Assembly (NCBI GenBank): GCA_030599585.1
Contig: JAUVNS010000012.1
Coordinates: 89,919 to 153,918 of the forward strand
Direction: 5' to 3'
From: Promethearchaeota archaeon
GTDB taxonomy: Archaea; Asgardarchaeota; Lokiarchaeia; Sigyniarchaeales; SOKP01
Length of the DNA: 64,000 bases
Shown: positions 58,309-64,000 of the stretch, piece by piece
Layout: every line of letters starts with the position of its first letter
Position numbering within the stretch: the stretch's first letter is position 1
Notes under the pieces: generated by a model
What the model saw: only the letters and a program-made list of their open reading frames with translations
Database searches by the model: none
What the model was told of the DNA's origin: nothing
Position numbers and translations under genes: made by a program

Positions 58309-59649
58309 ATGGAAAAAATAATTATCGTTGGTAATAATGTAGCCGGAACCTTTACCGCTCAGAATATTCGATTTCTCAATGAAGATGTTGATATTGAAAT
58401 TTTTACTCAAGAACTGTATCCTTATTATACCAGAATTAAATTACCCGAAGTTATATCTGACAAAGTTAAAGTTGACGATTTAATCGTTTTTAAAGATGAT
58501 TGGTATACGAATAAAAAGATTAAGTTAAACCTCAATAAAAGAGTAATAAAAATCGAGCCGCAACAGAAGCAATTATTTATTGAAGGAGACAACGAACCTG
58601 TTACTTATGATAAGTTAATATTAGCTTTGGGTAGTGTTCCCAATATCCCTCCGATTAATAACGCACGGGAAATGATTGGAAAAGGAGTATTTACTTTACG
58701 AACAATAAAAGATATTATAGATATTAAAAACTATATTGAAAAGACCAAAGCTAAAAAGGCTATTATAATTGGAGGGGGGTTGCTTGGGTTAGAATTAGCT
58801 AGCCAAATAAAAGATACCAATTTAGACACTACCGTAGTCGAATTTTTTCCAAAATTACTTCCTCGACAGCTGGATGACGAATGTAGCGCCATGCTTAAAG
58901 GGGAGATTGAATCTAAAGGTATAAAGATTGTATTAAACGCAGCAACTGAAGAAATCCTTGGTAATGGATATGTTACTGGAATTAAATTAAAAGACGGGCA
59001 AACATTTGAAGCTGATATTATCTTAATCCAAGCAGGAATTAGAGCCACAATAGATCTTGCTCAAAACTCTGGAATAGAAACGAATAGAGGTATCGTTGTT
59101 GATGAATTTTTAGAAACTAGTGAAAAAAATATCTTCGCCGTAGGTGATTGCGTTGAATATAAGAATCAAACATGGGGAATAATTCCTGCTTGTATGGAAC
59201 AGTCTAAAATAGTTGCGGCATCTGCCTTGGGTTTAAGAAAGATTGAGTACAAAGGAACGACACCTAAAAATACTTTAAAAATTGTTGGTTTAGAATTAAC
59301 TTCAATCGGAATTTTTGATCCTTCACAGGAATTAGGAGGTGGTTGGGAAATCTTAAAAAAAGCTGATAAAGAAGACTGTTGCTACCAGAAATTAATCCTT
59401 AAGGACAACAAACTCAAGGGGGCAATTCTTTTTGGAGACACTAACGCAATGTCGTTTGTGTACAATAAAATGGAACAAGATGTAACTAAGAAAGAACTAA
59501 TGGAAATCCTTGAACTATATCTCTATAAATGTTCCAATTGTGGTGCGGAATACGATGAAACAAAAATGGAAATTCTCTTCGAAAACTTACCAGAAGATTG
59601 GAAATGTCCAAATTGTAAACACTTGAAGGAAGGTTTCGAAAAAATATAA
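58309..59649 (+). CDS. NAD(P)H:rubredoxin oxidoreductase-like flavoprotein with C-terminal rubredoxin
   Basis: IIGGGLLGLE and FAVGDC motifs; C-terminal CSNC...LPEDWKCPNC. Confidence 0.88.
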   Translation: MEKIIIVGNNVAGTFTAQNIRFLNEDVDIEIFTQELYPYYTRIKLPEVISDKVKVDDLIVFKDDWYTNKKIKLNLNKRVIKIEPQQKQLFIEGDNEPVTYDKLILALGSVPNIPPINNAREMIGKGVFTLRTIKDIIDIKNYIEKTKAKKAIIIGGGLLGLELASQIKDTNLDTTVVEFFPKLLPRQLDDECSAMLKGEIESKGIKIVLNAATEEILGNGYVTGIKLKDGQTFEADIILIQAGIRATIDLAQNSGIETNRGIVVDEFLETSEKNIFAVGDCVEYKNQTWGIIPACMEQSKIVAASALGLRKIEYKGTTPKNTLKIVGLELTSIGIFDPSQELGGGWEILKKADKEDCCYQKLILKDNKLKGAILFGDTNAMSFVYNKMEQDVTKKELMEILELYLYKCSNCGAEYDETKMEILFENLPEDWKCPNCKHLKEGFEKI

Positions 59650-59665
59650 ATTCTAAGTGATTTTT

Positions 59666-59806
59666 ATGGCAATTTATCGATGTAAAAGATGCAATTATCT
59701 CTATATTGACGAAGAACAAAAAGTTCCTTTTGAGACGGTTGGCGAAGACTATAAATGTCCGAGGTGCCGGGCTTCTAAGAGATTTTTTGTAAAGAAAAAT
59801 ACATAA
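59666..59806 (+). CDS. Rubredoxin-like protein (46 aa, basic)
   Basis: Manual translation MAIYRCKRCNYLYIDEEQKVPFETVGEDYKCPRCRASKRFFVKKNT. Confidence 0.85.
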   Translation: MAIYRCKRCNYLYIDEEQKVPFETVGEDYKCPRCRASKRFFVKKNT

Positions 59807-59838
59807 TAAACTAAAAATAAATTTAAGGTTGATGAGCA

Positions 59839-61461
59839 ATGGCTTACGATATAATTATTAAAAATGGTAAGATTATTGATGGAGCGGGAAACCCTTGGTA
59901 TTGGGGTGAAATAGGTATTGAGAATGGGAAAATAGCAAAGATAGCTCCAAAAATAAAATATGACGCTAAAAAGGTAATTGATGCAAACGGAATGATTGTT
60001 TGTCCAGGTTTTATTGATATTCATTCTCACACTGATTATATCTTACCGGTTAGCAGGAGCCAAGAATCTACCTTATGCCAAGGAGTAACTACCGCTGTAG
60101 TAGGTATGTGTGGCGATGGAATGGCGCCTATCCCGAAGGGAAGGGAAGAAGAATTTAAAAAAAGAGTAGGAACATTAGACCCTGCTCTTGCTCAGCTAGA
60201 ATACCCTTACCATACTTACGCAGAATATTTAGTTTATAACGAAAAGAAACGGAATTCTGCGAATCTGGTTTTTTTTGTAGGTTATGGAAATTTGCGATGG
60301 GCTGGTGGACAAAGTGGTGAAAATCGTCCTGCTGACCTAATAGAACTTCAAAAAATGAAGCAATTTTTACGGGAAGCAATGGAAGCTGGAGCTTTTGGGA
60401 TGAGTACAGGTTTAATTTATGCTCCTCAAGTGTATGCGAAAACAGAAGAAATAATTGAATTAGCCAAAGTAATTGCTAAATATAATGGATTATATTTTTC
60501 TCACATCCGTGGTGAGGGAGCATCAGTTTTAAAAGCCGTAGGTGAAGTCATTGAAATCGTTGAGAAATCTGGTTGTGTTGGAGGGCAAATAGCTCATCAT
60601 AAAGTTTCTGGTGAACCGTATTGGGGCACTAGCAAGGAAACTATAAAGTTGATTGAAGAAGCAAACGAGCGGGGGTTAAGTATAACCTGTGATCAATATC
60701 CATATAATCGTGGCATGTCTGGACTGATGACAGCTCTTCCTCCATGGGTACGCGAGGGAGAGAATGAAGAAATTTTGAATCGTATAAAGAAACCAGAAAT
60801 TCAAGATCGTATAAGAAAAGAAGTCAAAGAAGGTATTAAAGGATGGGAAAATTGGATTCGTGATGAGGGTTTTCATAACTTGTTTATCTCAACTGTTATT
60901 GACGATAAATGGAAAGATATCATAGCAAAGAATATTACTGAAATCACTAAAATTAAAGGATTATCAGACGATTTCGATACCTTTTTTACTATATTAATTG
61001 ACAATGAACTTAGTGTTATGATAACAATACAAAGCATGGGAGAAGAAGATATTCGTAGAATCATGACGAGCCGTTATCAAATGGTTGGAACGGATGGTTT
61101 TGGATTCCCTGCTGCCTTCAGTTCTGGAGCATTTCATCCTCGTTGTTTTGGAACATATCCTCGAATTCTGGGTAAATATGTCAGAGAAGAAAAAGTTTTG
61201 ACTTTAGAGCAAGCGATTCGTAAAATGTCATCGTTTCCAGCCCAACGACTTGGACTCCATGACAGAGGGCTTGTTAGAGAAGGTAATTGGGCTGATTTAG
61301 TTATCTTTGATCCCGATAAGGTTATTGATAAAGCAACCTATGAACAACCATACCAACTTCCTGAAGGTACTCCATATGTTATTGTTAATGGCGTTATCGT
61401 CGTCGAAAGAGGAAAAAAGAATAGAAAAGCTCCAGGAAAAGTAATACTTCGCCCTACCTAA
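59839..61461 (+). CDS. N-acyl-D-amino-acid deacylase (D-aminoacylase)
   Basis: PGFIDIHSHTD, GMCG, GMSTGL.Y.P, SHIRGE, DQYPY, HPR..GT.PR and ADLV.FD motifs. Confidence 0.9.
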   Translation: MAYDIIIKNGKIIDGAGNPWYWGEIGIENGKIAKIAPKIKYDAKKVIDANGMIVCPGFIDIHSHTDYILPVSRSQESTLCQGVTTAVVGMCGDGMAPIPKGREEEFKKRVGTLDPALAQLEYPYHTYAEYLVYNEKKRNSANLVFFVGYGNLRWAGGQSGENRPADLIELQKMKQFLREAMEAGAFGMSTGLIYAPQVYAKTEEIIELAKVIAKYNGLYFSHIRGEGASVLKAVGEVIEIVEKSGCVGGQIAHHKVSGEPYWGTSKETIKLIEEANERGLSITCDQYPYNRGMSGLMTALPPWVREGENEEILNRIKKPEIQDRIRKEVKEGIKGWENWIRDEGFHNLFISTVIDDKWKDIIAKNITEITKIKGLSDDFDTFFTILIDNELSVMITIQSMGEEDIRRIMTSRYQMVGTDGFGFPAAFSSGAFHPRCFGTYPRILGKYVREEKVLTLEQAIRKMSSFPAQRLGLHDRGLVREGNWADLVIFDPDKVIDKATYEQPYQLPEGTPYVIVNGVIVVERGKKNRKAPGKVILRPT

Positions 61462-61665
61462 ACTCAATAAGTTTAAATTCAAGAATTATAAACTTTTTTC
61501 TCAGAAATTAAGATGATTTATCCTTTATCATCTTCAATTTTCAAGCTTAAAGGCTATAGGTTAATTAGATTAATTTATAAAATATTAAATTAATATTTTT
61601 AATATATATTCAATTAACAAATCCATAAATACAAATTAATTAAATTAAAAGAAAGGTAGTTTAAA

Positions 61666-61806
61666 GTGGCTAAATGGGAATGTGGCGCTTGCGGATATGT
61701 TTACGACGAAGAAAAAGAAGGGACTAAGTTCGAAGATCTCCCTGATGATTATATATGTCCAGTTTGCGGCGTAGACAAGAGTTTCTTTACAAAAATCTCA
61801 GATTAA
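61666..61806 (+). CDS. Rubredoxin (46 aa)
   Basis: GTG start after AAGGT; [46 protein letters not shown]. Confidence 0.92.
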   Translation: MAKWECGACGYVYDEEKEGTKFEDLPDDYICPVCGVDKSFFTKISD

Positions 61807-61990
61807 ACCTAATTACTTAATTTTATTTTCTTATTTTTTTCTTTTATATTTAGCGATAAATCATTCCTTTGTTTAAATTTGGCTTAAAACTTCTAAAATT
61901 TATAAGATAAATAAATTAAATTTATTAAAAACAGACAAAAAAATAACTTAAATAACAACAAATAATCCAAAAATTGGAATTTAAAAAAAT

Positions 61991-63199
61991 ATGACTCATT
62001 TAGAATTATTGAAAGATATATGGTATGTTGGTTATGTAGATTTTGAAGTAAGAAATTTCCACGGATACTCCACTCATAGAGGTTCCTCCTATAACGCTTA
62101 TATAGTAAAATCAGGAGATAAAACGGTATTAATAGACACAGTTAAGCGTCCATATTTCGAATATTTTTTGGATAAAATAAAACAGGTATGTGATCCCGCA
62201 GAAATTGATTATTTAATCATGGATCACATTGAGATGGACCATTCCGGGTCTTTCCCGTTAATTTTAAAACACATACCTAACGCAGAAATAATTGCTTCTG
62301 CTAGAGGGGTTGATGTTCTAAAGAGCCATTTCCATCAAGAAATTGATGCTGAAGTTTTCAATAGAATTCGAGCCGTTAAGAATGGAGACACTTTGGATAT
62401 TGGAAATGGTAAAAAATTCACATTCGTACCGATACCCATGATACATTGGCCAGATAGCATGGTAGCATTTATGAGCGACGATAATGGGAAAAATGTCCTG
62501 TTTTCTAGCGATGCTTTCGGACAACATATTGCAACCTCTATGCGTTGGGACGATGAAAATGACATGTGTGAGATTATGGAAGAAGCGGAAAAATACTATG
62601 CTAATATTTTACTTCATTTATCGGGACTTATTGCAAAAACACTTCCCGTAGTCGGAGCATTGCCTATTGATGTTGTCTGTACTGCTCATGGAATTTGTTG
62701 GAGAAAAAACATCCCAGAGATATTAGAGAAGTATAGGAAATGGTCAAGCGGAGAAATCGAAGAAAAAAGCGTATTAATCGTTTACGATACAATGTGGGAG
62801 AGTACAGCTAAAATTGCTAAAGCATTAACGAAAGAAATTCGTCATAGAGGTGTTCCAGTTAAAAGATTCAGATTGACTCAAGCAGATTATTCTGATGTTA
62901 TTACTGAGGCAATGAAGGCAAAAGCAATATTGATTGGAAGCCCTACCCTAAACAATGGACTTTACCCATCTGTTGCAGAATACTTATGTTATCAAAAAGG
63001 CTTGAAACCTATAAATAAAGTCGGATTAGCATTTGGTTCTTACGGCTGGTCAGGTCAAGCTGCTCAAGAAATAGCTGACCAAATGAAGGCTGCTGGGATA
63101 GATGTTATGGACGAATTAATTAAGATTAAATTCGTTCCGAAAGCAGAGGATTTAGATTTTAAAGATATTGTTGATAAATTAATAGAAAAAATGAAATAA
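61991..63199 (+). CDS. fprA: Flavodiiron protein FprA
   Basis: H.E.DH, HWPD, SSDAFGQH and HG motifs plus flavodoxin YDTMWEST, GSPTLN and FGSYGWSG. Confidence 0.93.
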   Translation: MTHLELLKDIWYVGYVDFEVRNFHGYSTHRGSSYNAYIVKSGDKTVLIDTVKRPYFEYFLDKIKQVCDPAEIDYLIMDHIEMDHSGSFPLILKHIPNAEIIASARGVDVLKSHFHQEIDAEVFNRIRAVKNGDTLDIGNGKKFTFVPIPMIHWPDSMVAFMSDDNGKNVLFSSDAFGQHIATSMRWDDENDMCEIMEEAEKYYANILLHLSGLIAKTLPVVGALPIDVVCTAHGICWRKNIPEILEKYRKWSSGEIEEKSVLIVYDTMWESTAKIAKALTKEIRHRGVPVKRFRLTQADYSDVITEAMKAKAILIGSPTLNNGLYPSVAEYLCYQKGLKPINKVGLAFGSYGWSGQAAQEIADQMKAAGIDVMDELIKIKFVPKAEDLDFKDIVDKLIEKMK

Positions 63200-63215
63200 A
63201 TAGAGGTTAAAAAAA

Positions 63216-64000
63216 ATGGATTTTAATTTAACAGAAGCACAACTAGCTTTACAAAAGAAAGCTAGAGAGTTTGCAGTAAAGGAAGTTCTACCTACCTCCT
63301 TCAGTTATGACGAGCATGAAGTTATGCCAATGAAAGTCATTGAAAAAGCGTGGAAGGCAGGACTAACAAATTTGGGTGTTCCCAAAGAATACGGTGGGCA
63401 AGGATATGGTTTAATGGAATCTGTAATAGTAGTCGAAGAAATTGCGGCTGCGTGTCCTGGAACTGCTACATCAATTTTTGATAACGATTTAGGTTCAGGA
63501 CCTATAGTAATTGGAGGGAACGAAGAACAAAAGAATAGGGTATTAAAGGATATAACAGAAAATTTCAAACTAATCGCTTTTGCTACTTCTGAACCAGGAA
63601 TGGGTAGCGACGTAGCTGGAATGCAGTGTCGCGCTGAAAAAGATGGAAAAGATTTTATATTAAATGGAACTAAATATTGGATAACTAACGCAGGATATTC
63701 TGATTATATCACCGTTTTTGCAACGACTGATCCAGAGAAAAAACATCGTGGTATAGCAGGATTCATTGTACCAACTGATTACGAAGGAGTTAAGACTGGA
63801 CCTCATATACCAAAATTAGGCCAACGAGCATCTAATACTTGTTCTGTTGTATTGAAAGATGTGAGAATACCTGAAGAAAATGTATTGGCAAAACCGGGTC
63901 GAGGATTTCTTTTAGCTATGCAAACATTTCAAAAAACTATACCTGACGTCTCAGCTTTTGATGTAGGGTGCGAAAGGTCAGCTATGGAATATGCCATTGA
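63216..64000 (+). CDS. Acyl-CoA dehydrogenase (3'-truncated by window end)
   Basis: MDFNLTEAQ..., VPKEYGGQG, FATSEPGMGSD, LNGTKYWITN and KLGQRAS motifs. Confidence 0.9.
   Translation, partial: MDFNLTEAQLALQKKAREFAVKEVLPTSFSYDEHEVMPMKVIEKAWKAGLTNLGVPKEYGGQGYGLMESVIVVEEIAAACPGTATSIFDNDLGSGPIVIGGNEEQKNRVLKDITENFKLIAFATSEPGMGSDVAGMQCRAEKDGKDFILNGTKYWITNAGYSDYITVFATTDPEKKHRGIAGFIVPTDYEGVKTGPHIPKLGQRASNTCSVVLKDVRIPEENVLAKPGRGFLLAMQTFQKTIPDVSAFDVGCERSAMEYAI

Overview
This AT-rich window (roughly 30% GC by eye) comes from an archaeal chromosome, almost certainly an Asgard archaeon of Lokiarchaeia type. The evidence is class I LysRS, archaeal AlaRS/DtdA/CofGH, a eukaryote-like ubiquitin operon, Rab-like and longin-fused small GTPases, and SDS22-type LRR, TPR, PCI and C2H2 proteins. 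Layout: 0.9-7.4 kb, Glu/Leu dehydrogenase-CBS plus a folE-amidohydrolase-arfC-cofG-cofH operon. 7.5-15.7 kb, a Ubl-E1-E2-JAB-membrane RING operon plus two more Ubl paralogues (one membrane-anchored) around lysS. 19.3-25.0 kb, an accessory block that begins with a recoded copy of the 5' end of the downstream endoQ-like gene. 26-42 kb, housekeeping genes (ftsZ, ileS, alaS, dtdA). 43-64 kb, a large thiol/Fe-S/oxygen-defence cluster (TrxR, 3 PDOs, 2 CCG proteins, FTR, glutaredoxins, Isf, NROR, rubredoxins, FprA), ending in a truncated acyl-CoA dehydrogenase. Top observations: (1) an unannotated 24-codon Ile-rich leader ORF upstream of ileS within two mutually exclusive RNA stems, a candidate ribosome-dependent amino-acid attenuator in an archaeon; (2) a ubiquitin-like system whose modifiers end in Ala-Gly, with a 6-TM RING E3 and a membrane-tethered non-conjugatable Ubl; (3) two synonymously recoded, displaced gene 5' ends, each followed by Myb/SANT-like sequence; (4) an LRR-PCI-coatomer-appendage-like fusion. 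No rRNA, tRNA, CRISPR array, integrase or transposase was recognised. All family assignments are by motif recognition only; no database searches were run.
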